From: a virus
IMG/VR virus record: IMGVR_UViG_3300017757_000001
Direction: 5' to 3' (one strand)
Length of the DNA: 64,000 nucleotides
Made by a program: the position numbers and the translations under genes. Positions 10,341-21,137 of the stretch are shown here, piece after piece (within the stretch, counting starts at the first letter, position 1; every line of letters starts with the position of its first letter). Under the pieces are notes generated by a model. It saw only the letters and a list, made by a program, of their open reading frames with translations, ran no database searches and was not told the origin of the DNA.

Positions 10341-12353
10341 TTAGATAGTGTTTAAACCACTTACCATAATCTTACCATAGAATTCTGGTCTAACCATTTT
10401 CTTCGCGTATCTAGTCAATAGACCTTTACGTGGAACAAAAGTGTTTGGATCATAAACCATTGGAGTCATGATTAATGGAATATACGGAGCAAATACAGCA
10501 CCAGCTTCTAAGAACTGACCACCTCTATATCCCATAAGAATTGTATTCTCTGTCATATAAGGGTTTTTGTAAACTGTATATCTAGAATTCATTTGTCCAG
10601 CTTTTTGTACTCCAAATGCATAAGACGCTTTTGAAGTGTCTCCATCTGAATTACTTGCAAATCCTGGAATTGATTCTAAAATAGTACCAACTGAAGGAGA
10701 GCAAACTAAGAAATTAGCACCACCTCTAAGAGTTCTTTGGTGAATAATATTACTTAATTTTTGCATCTTTGTTCCTAAAGTTTGGAACCATTGTCCTTGT
10801 GAGTTATAAAATCCTAAATCAGAATTTACAACACCACCTGCAGAAATTGCTAAATTGTTTTCTGCTGACCAGTACTCAGTACCTGCCGCTGCATCTTCAA
10901 TTAGCATTCCAAGAATTTCTAAATCAATTTCAAGTGAAATATACTCACTCATAATTGAAGTTAATTCAGCTTCTGCATCTAAAGAATGATAAGCATTTAA
11001 ATCTTGAGCAAACTCAGGAGTCCAAACAGCTTTCAATTTTTTAGTTTTAGCAACAATAGCTTCACTTGACATTTTAACATCAATTTCTGGAATGTCAAAC
11101 GTTGCGTTTGCATTGTCTCCATTTAAATTGGTGTTATCCCATTCGAAGTCACCTCTGTTGTTATCAGTTGGAGCTAGTACTTGAGATATTCTAACACCTG
11201 TTCCACCTACAAAGTTTCCTGCATTAAGTACGAATTGGATAAATGTACCTACTTCAGTAACACCTTGAATAGTGTAAACTAATGAAGCATAAGCAGCATT
11301 AGCACCAATAACAGGTAAAGAAGCTTTAGGGAATGTAATAGCATCACCAACTTTAAATCCAGCACCTGGATTAGTAGCAGTAATAGTTACACCTGCAGCT
11401 AAGTTAGCACCTGCAGCAACTACTGTAAATACAGCACCTGTTCCAGTACCATTTGTAGTCCAAGTAGAAACACCTGCATCAGTTCCTGCAACAGTAGTAC
11501 CACCACCAGTTACAGATCCTGCACCACCTAATCCAGCAATACCTAGGTCTAAACCTATTCTTAATCCATCAGTAGTTACTTTTGTAAATGCTGGGTATTG
11601 GTTAGCACCAACATCACCTAATCCTGTGTTTGCTGCACCACCTGCATCACCTGCTAAAGCTGGCTTCAAGTAGAAAGCTGAAACCGCTGTTGGGTCCCAA
11701 ATACCTGCACCTGCTGCATCTTGAGCTAAGTTAGTAGTTAAAGTTTGAGCTAATTGTAAGTTACCTGCTAAAAATGAAGCTGAAACAGCACCATCTGCAT
11801 TACAATCTCTAAACCAATCAACATTACCTGCTGTCATTCCAGCTTGAGTAAATGACTCAGTATCTTGTGTTGAATATGAAAATCTACCTGCACCATAAAG
11901 ACCACCTTTTGCAGCATTACCAAAAGTATTTGCTGGATCAGTGTCACCATAAAGTGAAGTATTTTGTGCAAATGGAGTCTTAGCAGTTCCGTATTGGAAA
12001 TCTAAGAAAAATACTAGACCAGAAGGTAAGTTCATTGGTTGAACCGAAACAAATTCTTTTGCTGCGATTTGACCAAATACTTTTCTTACCAATGGTAAAG
12101 CAACTCCTGCCCATTGTGCACCTCTACCAGGAGAGAAAGTACCAGATCCAGCACCACCACCTGTGTTACTGTCCTCTGTTACTAATTGTTTAGCTTGATT
12201 TTCTAAGATCATAGACATATTATTTTTGTCTGTCTCAGAAGCTAAACCTTCAAGTAGGCCTGTTTTGCCCCACTTGGACGCTAACCTTGCAGCATCACTT
12301 TGTAGTGACTTGTAAGGATTTGCGGATTCTAAAAGTGAATTTAATTGACTCAT
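10341..12353 (-). CDS. Major capsid protein, T4 gp23-like, with an enlarged insertion region
   Basis: LPLVRKVF, VSVQPMNLPSGLVF, AKTKKLKAVWTPEFAQDLNAYH-x-LDAEAEL, APYIPL, PRKGLLTRY. Confidence 0.97.
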   Translation of the reverse strand: MSQLNSLLESANPYKSLQSDAARLASKWGKTGLLEGLASETDKNNMSMILENQAKQLVTEDSNTGGGAGSGTFSPGRGAQWAGVALPLVRKVFGQIAAKEFVSVQPMNLPSGLVFFLDFQYGTAKTPFAQNTSLYGDTDPANTFGNAAKGGLYGAGRFSYSTQDTESFTQAGMTAGNVDWFRDCNADGAVSASFLAGNLQLAQTLTTNLAQDAAGAGIWDPTAVSAFYLKPALAGDAGGAANTGLGDVGANQYPAFTKVTTDGLRIGLDLGIAGLGGAGSVTGGGTTVAGTDAGVSTWTTNGTGTGAVFTVVAAGANLAAGVTITATNPGAGFKVGDAITFPKASLPVIGANAAYASLVYTIQGVTEVGTFIQFVLNAGNFVGGTGVRISQVLAPTDNNRGDFEWDNTNLNGDNANATFDIPEIDVKMSSEAIVAKTKKLKAVWTPEFAQDLNAYHSLDAEAELTSIMSEYISLEIDLEILGMLIEDAAAGTEYWSAENNLAISAGGVVNSDLGFYNSQGQWFQTLGTKMQKLSNIIHQRTLRGGANFLVCSPSVGTILESIPGFASNSDGDTSKASYAFGVQKAGQMNSRYTVYKNPYMTENTILMGYRGGQFLEAGAVFAPYIPLIMTPMVYDPNTFVPRKGLLTRYAKKMVRPEFYGKIMVSGLNTI

Positions 12354-12385
12354 TTCTTTTAATTTTAAAGTTTAATTATTATTTT

Positions 12386-13504
12386 TTAAATTATACCAGC
12401 AAGTTTTTTAAATCTATTCACCATTTCATTAGACTCAACAATAGGTTTTTTAGTAGTATTTGACTTACCAACTATTGTTTTAGAAGCACGACCCAAGTTA
12501 ACATTTTCAGTTACTGGTTTTTTAGTATTTTTTAATCCTCCTTTAAGAGTTTCAAATACTAATTTTACTTCTTTAACATTTTCAGCTTTGTCAAATGCTG
12601 TTAATACCTTTACCTTTTGAGCTTCAGTTAGGTTTTTAGCTTTAAATATCTTATTTGAATATAACAATTTAGCGTTAAGAATATTAATTTCGTTTAATTC
12701 TGATCTTAGTGTTTTAATAGTAGCATAAGCTTCTTTTAAATCTTCATCATCCTTACCTTCTTTCATATCCTTTTTAGCGTCTGCTTTAGCGTCTTTGATA
12801 CCATCTTTGTATCCTTCTTCTTCAGCATCTGTTCTTTTGTCTTCAGCTAAATCAATATCTACGTCTACAGATTCATCATCTACAACTTCAATATCATCTT
12901 CAACTTCAACATCTACTTCTTCATCGTTAGCCATTTCAACTGCATCACCACCAGCTTCTAACTCACCAGCAGTAACCATGTCTGCAATTACATCTTCGAT
13001 AAATACTTTAAGATCTTCGTCTGACATATCATCAAGATCAATATCTTCATCTTCCATGTCATCCTTCTCGTCCTTCATACCGTCTTCGTAGCCTTCTTCC
13101 TCAGCATCCGTACGTTCGTCCTCTTTCAAGTCCTCTTTTTCGTCCTTCATACCGTCTTTGTAGCCTTCTTCTTCAGCATCTGTTCGAGCATCTTCTTTTA
13201 ACTCATTTTCTAATTCTGCTAAGACTTCGTCTAAATCAGAACTATCTTCTTCCTTAATTTTACGCATTTTTTCAGTTTCAAGCTCTTCAGCATTGTCACC
13301 TTTTAAACCTTTACGCATTACGGGATCAGACATTTCTTCTTTAACTTCTTCATCTTTATTATCCATTTCTTCTAACTTTGCAGCAAGCATTGTTTTAAGT
13401 TGTGGAGTAAAAGATTCTTCTAAAGCAGCCTTAGCATTTGCAATTGCTGATTCTTTAACAGCTTTTGCATCGGCGATAGCCTCTTTTAAAAATTCTCTGT
13501 TCAT
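12386..13504 (-). CDS. Prohead core scaffold protein
   Basis: Acidic coiled-coil protein between the protease and MCP genes; many L/I-x-E sites; RTDAEEEGY-x-DG repeat x3. Confidence 0.8.
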   Translation of the reverse strand: MNREFLKEAIADAKAVKESAIANAKAALEESFTPQLKTMLAAKLEEMDNKDEEVKEEMSDPVMRKGLKGDNAEELETEKMRKIKEEDSSDLDEVLAELENELKEDARTDAEEEGYKDGMKDEKEDLKEDERTDAEEEGYEDGMKDEKDDMEDEDIDLDDMSDEDLKVFIEDVIADMVTAGELEAGGDAVEMANDEEVDVEVEDDIEVVDDESVDVDIDLAEDKRTDAEEEGYKDGIKDAKADAKKDMKEGKDDEDLKEAYATIKTLRSELNEINILNAKLLYSNKIFKAKNLTEAQKVKVLTAFDKAENVKEVKLVFETLKGGLKNTKKPVTENVNLGRASKTIVGKSNTTKKPIVESNEMVNRFKKLAGII

Positions 13505-13635
13505 TTTTCCTAAATTTAATTTGTTTGTTGGGAAAGTACGTTTATTATAAAACGTAATAGATTAACTCTTGTTATCGATGTCATATAAGAAATGACATAT
13601 TATGATAATACGTATATGAAGATTATTTAAAGTCG

Positions 13636-13676
13636 CAAAAAGTGAAAGAGGCGACTAATTAAAGAACGCCTCTCTC
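13636..13676 (-). terminator. Probable terminator after the prohead protease gene
   Basis: - strand GAGAGAGGCG...CGCCTCTTTC stem followed by ACTTTTT. Confidence 0.55.
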
Positions 13677-13697
13677 GGGGTACAAGGGGTAAAATTT

Positions 13698-14306
13698 TTA
13701 TTTAATAGGACAAAATCCTTTGGCACATAAAATTTCTGTAATAATAGAATTTACTTTTGTATAATTTTTTTGGTTTGAAAAATCTAATCCTTCAGTTACT
13801 AAATGCATAAATGAATCTGGATTTGAGGGTGTTGAAACAAAATCCCAACATAATAATTCAAAATCATCTTGTACTTCTTGTACTTCTCCCATTGGTTTTA
13901 AACTCCCCATCCCTCGAGAAGAAACACCAACTGTAATTCCATTTTCAATAAGTGCTTTTAATATATTTCCTGCTGGTGTTGGAAGTAATTCTATTTTACC
14001 CATTACTTTATCTCCATCCCACCACATATCTGTTATATTATGAGATACATTTTTTAAGTTAATAACTGTAGAATCAGGATGATCTAATTCGCCCATTGCT
14101 CTATGTTCTTTAACTAATACATCATACTTGTCAATTTCTCTTTCCCATAATTCTTTAGAATAATAACGACCATTACCGTTTTTAACCTCAGCAGTAGCTA
14201 ATATTCCTTCTACTAAAGGGTTACCTCTATCAGATGTATTATTTTCATTTAAAATATTTTTAGTAATATTAAATGCTTGTACTTCTACTAACTGTTGCTT
14301 GGCCAT
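13698..14306 (-). CDS. Prohead core protease, T4 gp21-like
   Basis: KNGNGRYY, GELDHP, VSH, GVSSRGMGS, DFVSTPS; start placed at MAKQQ (14306) rather than the track's 14363. Confidence 0.95.
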   Translation of the reverse strand: MAKQQLVEVQAFNITKNILNENNTSDRGNPLVEGILATAEVKNGNGRYYSKELWEREIDKYDVLVKEHRAMGELDHPDSTVINLKNVSHNITDMWWDGDKVMGKIELLPTPAGNILKALIENGITVGVSSRGMGSLKPMGEVQEVQDDFELLCWDFVSTPSNPDSFMHLVTEGLDFSNQKNYTKVNSIITEILCAKGFCPIK

Positions 14307-14310
14307 ATTA

Positions 14311-15399
14311 TTATTTATTTTCTTCTTCTTCATTCCTTGGAGCCCAATCAGCACCCATACCATTTTGCTCTTTCCAAGCTTCAGGATCCATTTCTGTTAC
14401 TACTTCTTGTGCTGTGTATTTTTTTCCACTCATCTTTTCATACAACTTTTCCATTTTTAATTTACGTTTATTTAAATCTTTAATTTCACGTTGCATTAAT
14501 TTAATTTTTTTACTATCAACTAACTCAGATAAACTTTCATCTTCACTAACCATATTTAATCTAGTTGTTTTTGACTCAATAATTTCATCAATAGTTGCAA
14601 TTTTTGTTTCCATTGCTACAATTTGAGATGCTTTATCAATTTCAGCTAATTTATTATCTAATGTTTGTTTTTTTTCTTTAATTGGTTTTCTTTTTTTAGG
14701 TGGTGTTGCTCCTAATGGGCCTTCTACTAAACTTACTAATGATATCATATTATTTTCTTTATTTTCATTTATATCTAAATAACCTGTTCCAATTCTCCCA
14801 TCAGGAAAATCTTTTTTGGTTGAGTCACCATGACCACTTGAAGCATATTTACCTTTAATTTCCTTGGGTTTTAAAGAAACAGCATCCTCTGTATAACCTA
14901 TACCTTCTATCCCAAATTGAGCTTTTTCAACATAATACATTGGATCTTTTTCAAGATTTTTTCTTACTATATCTTTTAATTCTTGTTCTGTTTTTTTAGC
15001 ATTTTTAGGATTTCTTAATTCTGTGTAGTATCCTCTTAAAAATTCTTCAAAATTCATATTATCGATAACAGCTTTATCTTTATAATCATACCCAGCTGTT
15101 TCTAAATCAACTACTTCTTTAGTTGGTTTTTTTTCAATAGCTTTAGCTTCTTCAGCTATTACATTCATATTTTCATCAAATATACTAAACCAATCAGGTT
15201 TTTCATTACTGGTATTAGCTACCATAATGTTTTCTGATATAACAGAACGTTGTTTTAATATTTTAGTTGCCTCAGAGAAAGTAGATGCACTACTAATCAT
15301 ATTGGGGTATATTCTTTTAGCTTCTTTTAAAAAGATAGATTTATTACCTTTACCTTTTTGAAGATTATTATATTGCTCTTGTAGTGTTTTTTGTTTCAT
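14311..15399 (-). CDS. Probable internal head / core protein
   Basis: K/E-rich, in the head module, multiple I-x-E sites, internal MISLVSLVE. Confidence 0.5.
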   Translation of the reverse strand: MKQKTLQEQYNNLQKGKGNKSIFLKEAKRIYPNMISSASTFSEATKILKQRSVISENIMVANTSNEKPDWFSIFDENMNVIAEEAKAIEKKPTKEVVDLETAGYDYKDKAVIDNMNFEEFLRGYYTELRNPKNAKKTEQELKDIVRKNLEKDPMYYVEKAQFGIEGIGYTEDAVSLKPKEIKGKYASSGHGDSTKKDFPDGRIGTGYLDINENKENNMISLVSLVEGPLGATPPKKRKPIKEKKQTLDNKLAEIDKASQIVAMETKIATIDEIIESKTTRLNMVSEDESLSELVDSKKIKLMQREIKDLNKRKLKMEKLYEKMSGKKYTAQEVVTEMDPEAWKEQNGMGADWAPRNEEEENK

Positions 15400-15404
15400 T
15401 ATTT

Positions 15405-15758
15405 TTATTTTAATAAGTCCTTTATATCTTTTATATAATCTAATACTAAATCTGTAGGTTTTACAACAGCATAAGACTTAGGATTGTTTGTATAGTAATC
15501 ACTTGTTTCATTTCTAGCGTTGGACAACATTTTATAAATATCATTCATTTCTTTCTCAATTAAATCAAATGCACCTATTCTTTCTTTATGAAAATTATTT
15601 AATGATTCTTCTTCCCATAATTTTTTTACTACTATACCGGATCCTTTAATTTTATCTGGTACTAATTTATATCCAAAATCTTTTGTATAGGTATTATTTT
15701 TAACACCATCCTTACCTGCTTTTGGACCTGGTCCTAATGTCGCACCTGGATCTTTCAT
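15405..15758 (-). CDS. Hypothetical head-module protein
   Basis: ORF coupled to its upstream neighbour by an ATGA overlap. Confidence 0.55.
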   Translation of the reverse strand: MKDPGATLGPGPKAGKDGVKNNTYTKDFGYKLVPDKIKGSGIVVKKLWEEESLNNFHKERIGAFDLIEKEMNDIYKMLSNARNETSDYYTNNPKSYAVVKPTDLVLDYIKDIKDLLK

Positions 15759-16369
15759 TTTTTCTTTTTCTTTTTCTTAAATGCATAAGGTGTTGCATAT
15801 TGCATTCCTGTACCTGCTGAAAATGTTGCTGATCCTGCTCCACCACCAGTTGAAGACATTTCATCTAATCCCCCACCTAATTCTCCTTTTAATCCTGTTG
15901 ACTTTAAAATTAATTCATATTCTGCAGGGTAATTTTTTCTTAAATGAGTTCTATAATCATTAAATGTTTTATTTAATTTATCAAAAATTTGAGCAAATTT
16001 AGGATCATTAGCTACATCTTTATTTTTAGAGATAAATTTTACATCATCTCTCATTTCTGTAAAATTTCTAAATATTTTAGAAAAGGTAGGTAATCTATAT
16101 TGAGTAGAAACTGATCTACCTCCTGTATTTACTTCACCACCATAATCTGGGTTTAATTTTTCCCAATACATTGAGAAATTACCTGTAAAATAACTTCCTT
16201 TTGGAATTGGTCCAAATTTTTTTTCAATTTTCTTTAAAAATGATTCTGGAATTCTTGGATCTTCTACATAAATAACCCCACTAAACTCATCAGACTTTTT
16301 TTTAAAGTCTTTTTCATCTTGGGGTTCTACAAACTCTACTTCTTTTATGTTATATTTAAATTTATCCAT
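15755..16369 (-). CDS. Hypothetical head-module protein with a basic C-terminal tail (YATPYAFKKKKKK)
   Basis: ORF in the operon. Confidence 0.55.
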   Translation of the reverse strand: MDKFKYNIKEVEFVEPQDEKDFKKKSDEFSGVIYVEDPRIPESFLKKIEKKFGPIPKGSYFTGNFSMYWEKLNPDYGGEVNTGGRSVSTQYRLPTFSKIFRNFTEMRDDVKFISKNKDVANDPKFAQIFDKLNKTFNDYRTHLRKNYPAEYELILKSTGLKGELGGGLDEMSSTGGGAGSATFSAGTGMQYATPYAFKKKKKKK

Positions 16370-17219
16370 TAGCTTTTGATAATTCTTCTAAAAGACTATG
16401 ATATTGAAGTAAGTCAACTAGATGGTTTGATTTTATGTTAGTTCTTTTACCTGCTTCTTTAATTAATTCTTTTACCTCATTAAGTTTAATTTTAATAGCT
16501 TTATCTTTTATAATATCTATTTGTTCATCAATTTGATTTTTAATAGATATAACTTCTAAATTATAAAATTCTTTTAATTTTGAAGTACTATCAACTGTGT
16601 TTATAAATTCTTTTAAGATTAATTTTTGTTTATCATTTAAATCAGAATATTTATCATTAAATTTTTCTAATAATACTCTATAAGTTAATATACGAACATC
16701 TTTAGGATAATTTTTAAATTCTTCTATAATATCTTCTTTAACTGTATTTTTATTTACTTCTTTAGATGTTAAATGTTCTAATAATGTAACTTTATTATCT
16801 ACAATTTGATTAGGATTAACTACTTTTTCTGTATTATAAATTTCTATTAAAGAATATAATGAAGCTTGGGCTTTATAATTTGTTAATTTTGTTTTAAATA
16901 GATCTTCTAGATTATAATTTCTTTTTAATTCTTTAATTAAATTATATTTTTCTCTTTTTAATCTAGTTCTATTCATCTTTTTAGATGATTCCAAAATTGT
17001 ATTCAATATAGCAGATGCTCTTGATTCTGATATTCCCTTAGATTTAAATACTAATTCGTATAATTTATACTCTTTTCCTAATTCTGTGTTTACAAAATTT
17101 TCTTTAAGTATTTTAATAGCTTTTGATTCTGTTCCCGCTAAGGTATCCGCTGTAATTTTTCTAACTAAGATTTCGAACAAAATTCCAGTGTTCTTATATT
17201 TTGAGTGTTTGATATACAT
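16362..17219 (-). CDS. Head-module protein immediately downstream of the portal gene (core-like)
   Basis: KHSKYKNTGILFEILVR N-terminus, helical composition; late motif at 17235-17243. Confidence 0.55.
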   Translation of the reverse strand: MYIKHSKYKNTGILFEILVRKITADTLAGTESKAIKILKENFVNTELGKEYKLYELVFKSKGISESRASAILNTILESSKKMNRTRLKREKYNLIKELKRNYNLEDLFKTKLTNYKAQASLYSLIEIYNTEKVVNPNQIVDNKVTLLEHLTSKEVNKNTVKEDIIEEFKNYPKDVRILTYRVLLEKFNDKYSDLNDKQKLILKEFINTVDSTSKLKEFYNLEVISIKNQIDEQIDIIKDKAIKIKLNEVKELIKEAGKRTNIKSNHLVDLLQYHSLLEELSKANG

Positions 17220-17253
17220 CAATATTTATTTTTTTATAAATATATTAAAATTT

Positions 17254-19158
17254 TTATTCCTTTATATTTGATTCATCTAATAATGAGTCTTCTTTCCCTT
17301 TTTGTTCAAATACCATTTGTTTTTTAGTAGGTATTGAATCTAATACTTTTTTATTAGTTAAAAAATGAGTATTTCCTTCAAGAGCTAGAGGTGATTTATT
17401 AGTATCATTTACATCTTTTTTCATACCAGATGCTCCTAATCTATCTTTTCCAAAATTATCATCTTGACTATTTCTTTTCGATACTTTTTCTTGTGGTCGT
17501 CCTAATGGATTTTTATCTTTATCTTTATCATAACCAGGAGGTACATTTGATGGATCTGAGTACATTCTTCCTTTACCATAAAGTGAAGCTAAATCATGAG
17601 GAGTACCATATGATTCTCCTGTTTCTACAGGATCATTTCCTTCTGCTTCTAATTGTGCTAATCTAAATTTACGTTTAGCATCTTCTCTAATTAAATCTCT
17701 ATACTCATCAAATTGATCTTCACTTAAATGGAATATATTTTCATAAATCCAATCTGTTGGTAATAACGCTCCATCCTTCATTTGATTAGCTAATTCTACT
17801 TTTTCTTTTAACAATGCTATTTTTTCTTGATCATATATGATTGAAGGAGTTGTTAAATTTAATTCAAAATTTCCTAATTGTTCATCTCTATAACCTTGAG
17901 TATATAAATGAACTAATGCTATTTTATATAGTTCTGAAACTACAATTCTTTGGATACGTTCAATAGTACGTGCAAATCTAATATCTTGGGCTGCTAATGT
18001 AGCTTTACCATCAGTATTTTCATCATACCCCATAAATGCTTTTGGAACTTTTAAAGCAGCAAATAATTTATCTCTTAAATATTCAACATCTTCAATTCCA
18101 TCCCACTGTAAACCATTTAAATTTTCTATCTTAGTAGCATTATCATTTCCTCTTACAGGTATATAAAAATCTTCTAATATATTTTGTAAATTGTATTTAA
18201 GATTATATTCTCCTGTTTGTTCATCCATAAATGGAGTACGCTTTAGTTTACCTAATGTTTTTTCCATAAATGCATCTACTTCATTAGGTGGAATTGATCC
18301 TACATTCATATAAAATATACGTTTTTCAGGAGCACGAACAATTCTATGAATTAACATAGCATCTTCCATTAGAATATATTGTTTAAATAATTTTCTAGCT
18401 GGTTCTATGTAAGATCTACCATAAGGCATAAAATTAATGTCTGTTAATAATCTAAAGTGAGCCATCTCATAATTATCAAATATAATATCACTTCCATTAG
18501 CAAATGCTTGATTAGGTACATTGTAATACCCATAATCGGATGCTGCTATACCATCTGGAGAGTATCTAAATCTAATACTTTGATCAAATTTTGTTGGGTC
18601 TTGATCTTCAGGCATCATTCCCTCTAATCTTTCGATATGAAATGCTGTGTAAGGAATAACATTGTATACTCCAAATTTTTCAGCAATTTCTAATTTTAAG
18701 AAAAAATCACCATATTTACACATATTTCTAACCCAAGGCCAAAGATTAAATTCTACATTTAAAACATCATAAAATAAATTATATAGGATTTTTTGAATAT
18801 CTTCATCTGGTGATTTTATAGAAATAACTTCACCCATATCATTTTTAAGGGTAGATTCATCAGCAACTATATCTAGGGCAGAAGCTATAATAGCATCAGT
18901 ATCCATTGCATCATAATCTGAATATAACTGTGGTCTTAATGTTTGATAATTTATGGCATTCTGTTGACCATATAATGAAGTTGTTGTAGTAGTAAAAATT
19001 CTATTAAATCTATCTATTAAAGAGTTTGTTTCAATATCTCCAGATTGTTGAATTTTATTTACATCAAAAACTTTTAATTGATTACCACCAACATTCTGAA
19101 TAATTACATCAGTTGAAAATAATCTTTTTAATCTTGAAAATAAATTTGTATTTGCCAT
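17254..19158 (-). CDS. Portal vertex protein, T4 gp20-like
   Basis: LMEDAMLIHRIVRAPEKRIFY, EDFYIPVRG, IEDVEY..LFAALKVP, DIRFARTI. Confidence 0.97.
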   Translation of the reverse strand: MANTNLFSRLKRLFSTDVIIQNVGGNQLKVFDVNKIQQSGDIETNSLIDRFNRIFTTTTTSLYGQQNAINYQTLRPQLYSDYDAMDTDAIIASALDIVADESTLKNDMGEVISIKSPDEDIQKILYNLFYDVLNVEFNLWPWVRNMCKYGDFFLKLEIAEKFGVYNVIPYTAFHIERLEGMMPEDQDPTKFDQSIRFRYSPDGIAASDYGYYNVPNQAFANGSDIIFDNYEMAHFRLLTDINFMPYGRSYIEPARKLFKQYILMEDAMLIHRIVRAPEKRIFYMNVGSIPPNEVDAFMEKTLGKLKRTPFMDEQTGEYNLKYNLQNILEDFYIPVRGNDNATKIENLNGLQWDGIEDVEYLRDKLFAALKVPKAFMGYDENTDGKATLAAQDIRFARTIERIQRIVVSELYKIALVHLYTQGYRDEQLGNFELNLTTPSIIYDQEKIALLKEKVELANQMKDGALLPTDWIYENIFHLSEDQFDEYRDLIREDAKRKFRLAQLEAEGNDPVETGESYGTPHDLASLYGKGRMYSDPSNVPPGYDKDKDKNPLGRPQEKVSKRNSQDDNFGKDRLGASGMKKDVNDTNKSPLALEGNTHFLTNKKVLDSIPTKKQMVFEQKGKEDSLLDESNIKE

Positions 19159-19179
19159 ATTATTTTATTGTTATAAATA

Positions 19180-20751
19180 TTATAATAACCAGTCTATGTT
19201 CTCTTTTTTCCCATTTACTTCCATATTATATGGGTTTTGAACATTATTGGCACTATATCCACCACTATATTGTACTTTATTACTTTTTACACTACCTAAT
19301 GCCGCCCTAGCCATGTCTAAACTTTGTTGTTGAAATTTTAAAGAAGTATCACGTAGAAACATACCAATTCCAAATGACATAACCAAATCATCATTATAAC
19401 CACTTTGAGCTTCTGGTCTGCCATTTTTCCAAATAAATACTTTCATTTCTTCTATTAAACGCTTTGAACGAATAACTACAGACTTATCACCAACAAATTC
19501 TCTAAATTTATTAATACAAAGAGGTCTTGTTCTCATTGACATAGTAAATCCAGGAACCATTTCAGCATTACCTTCATATACTCTTAAATAAGATTCTGCT
19601 GTTAATTGATCAGATTTGGGGGATTGGTATAAATTTTTATATCCTCTTTCTTGTATAGCATCTAATGTAGCCCATCCAATATTTGCATTTTCTACTACTA
19701 ACATTGCATTATTATATTCTGTAGCTAAACCAGTTAAAAAATAGCCAAATTCTTTTGGGGGTAATTGACCTCTATATTCTGCTACTTGTGTATTAGTTGC
19801 AATATCAATAACATGACATGCTGAATAATCTTTTCCATCACCTCTAGCAACATCAGCTGATATCATATACTCTCTAGAGTAATCAGCTGATTCCCACACC
19901 CATAAATTTTGATCAGCTCCTCTTCTTTCTAGTGGATTTTGTACTGTAGATTGTTCTAAAAACTCAATCCATTCAGAATAAAATACTATATCACCTGATG
20001 TACTAAAATCACAATCACACTCTTGAGATGCTAATCTAGGATCACCTAATAATTCATCTTGTCTATTTCTCCATGTTTGATCTCTTTCTGGATGAACACT
20101 CCAAGGTAATCTTATAGGTAAAAAATCATTTTCATTATTTTCAGCTGATACCCAGGTTTTATGAAACCAATTTCCAGTACCATATGGGGTACTTAAAACA
20201 ATAGCTCCACCTCCAGTTGCTAAAGTTTGTTGTGATGATGCCCAAATTTCTCCAATATTATCAATAAAGGCTGCCTCATCAATTAATAATAAAGATACTG
20301 CTTCTGATCTACCAGCATCGCTACTTGCTGATGTTGCTTTAATTATTGAACCGTTACTTAATCTTAAACTTAATTTGTTATTTTCTTCAGCTGTTATTTT
20401 TAACCATGAAGGTAAATTATCATACATAAATTTTACCTTTGTAACCATATTACGTGCTGTTTCTTGTTTGGTTGCAATACATAATACATTTTTATCTTTA
20501 TGAAATAACATTAACCATAAAGAATAACCTGCTGTTAATGTAGATATACCTAATTGCCTTGATTTTAAGATAATTGAATATGGATTATCTTGCATTAAAT
20601 GCAATACTTTTTCTTGGAAAGGATATAAATTAAATAATATTCTACCTCTTTGAGGATGTTGAATATTACAATACTTTTTCATAAAATGAACTGGGTCTTT
20701 AGCACATTTTAAGTATTCTTGTCTTATTATTTTTTTTAAATCCTGACTCAT
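19180..20751 (-). CDS. terL: Terminase large subunit, T4 gp17-like
   Basis: KSRQLGIST, LLIDEAAF, STPYG, QECDCDF, DVARGDGKDYSA, DDLVMS. Confidence 0.97.
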   Translation of the reverse strand: MSQDLKKIIRQEYLKCAKDPVHFMKKYCNIQHPQRGRILFNLYPFQEKVLHLMQDNPYSIILKSRQLGISTLTAGYSLWLMLFHKDKNVLCIATKQETARNMVTKVKFMYDNLPSWLKITAEENNKLSLRLSNGSIIKATSASSDAGRSEAVSLLLIDEAAFIDNIGEIWASSQQTLATGGGAIVLSTPYGTGNWFHKTWVSAENNENDFLPIRLPWSVHPERDQTWRNRQDELLGDPRLASQECDCDFSTSGDIVFYSEWIEFLEQSTVQNPLERRGADQNLWVWESADYSREYMISADVARGDGKDYSACHVIDIATNTQVAEYRGQLPPKEFGYFLTGLATEYNNAMLVVENANIGWATLDAIQERGYKNLYQSPKSDQLTAESYLRVYEGNAEMVPGFTMSMRTRPLCINKFREFVGDKSVVIRSKRLIEEMKVFIWKNGRPEAQSGYNDDLVMSFGIGMFLRDTSLKFQQQSLDMARAALGSVKSNKVQYSGGYSANNVQNPYNMEVNGKKENIDWLL

Positions 20752-20752
20752 A

Positions 20753-21133
20753 TTATCTTGGTAAAGAATAATCTATTACATGAATTGTAACTAAAGTACC
20801 TAATACTCCTCCTACAACACCCACCCATGGTTTTTTATACCATTTATCTACAACTTTTAATCTATCATTATATAATTTAATTTGATTATTTAATAATAAT
20901 ACTTCTTGATTTTTAAAACTAAGAATTAAACTATCTTGTTCTGATAGAAGTTTATAATTTTTTAATTGTAATTCTAAATCTTGTATTAAAACTAATTTTA
21001 AAGAATCTTGCTGTTTTAGGGTATCAATAGCTAAAAAAAATTCCTCTAATTCTTCTTGGGGAATTTCTATTATATTTTGGCCATAACAATTAAATGAAAA
21101 AGCCATTAATAAACTAAATAATATACTTTTCAT
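20753..21133 (-). CDS. Secreted/membrane coiled-coil protein (possibly spanin-like)
   Basis: Signal peptide MKSILFSLLMAFSFNCYG/Q, coiled coil, C-terminal hydrophobic helix. Confidence 0.45.
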   Translation of the reverse strand: MKSILFSLLMAFSFNCYGQNIIEIPQEELEEFFLAIDTLKQQDSLKLVLIQDLELQLKNYKLLSEQDSLILSFKNQEVLLLNNQIKLYNDRLKVVDKWYKKPWVGVVGGVLGTLVTIHVIDYSLPR

Positions 21134-21137
21134 ATTA

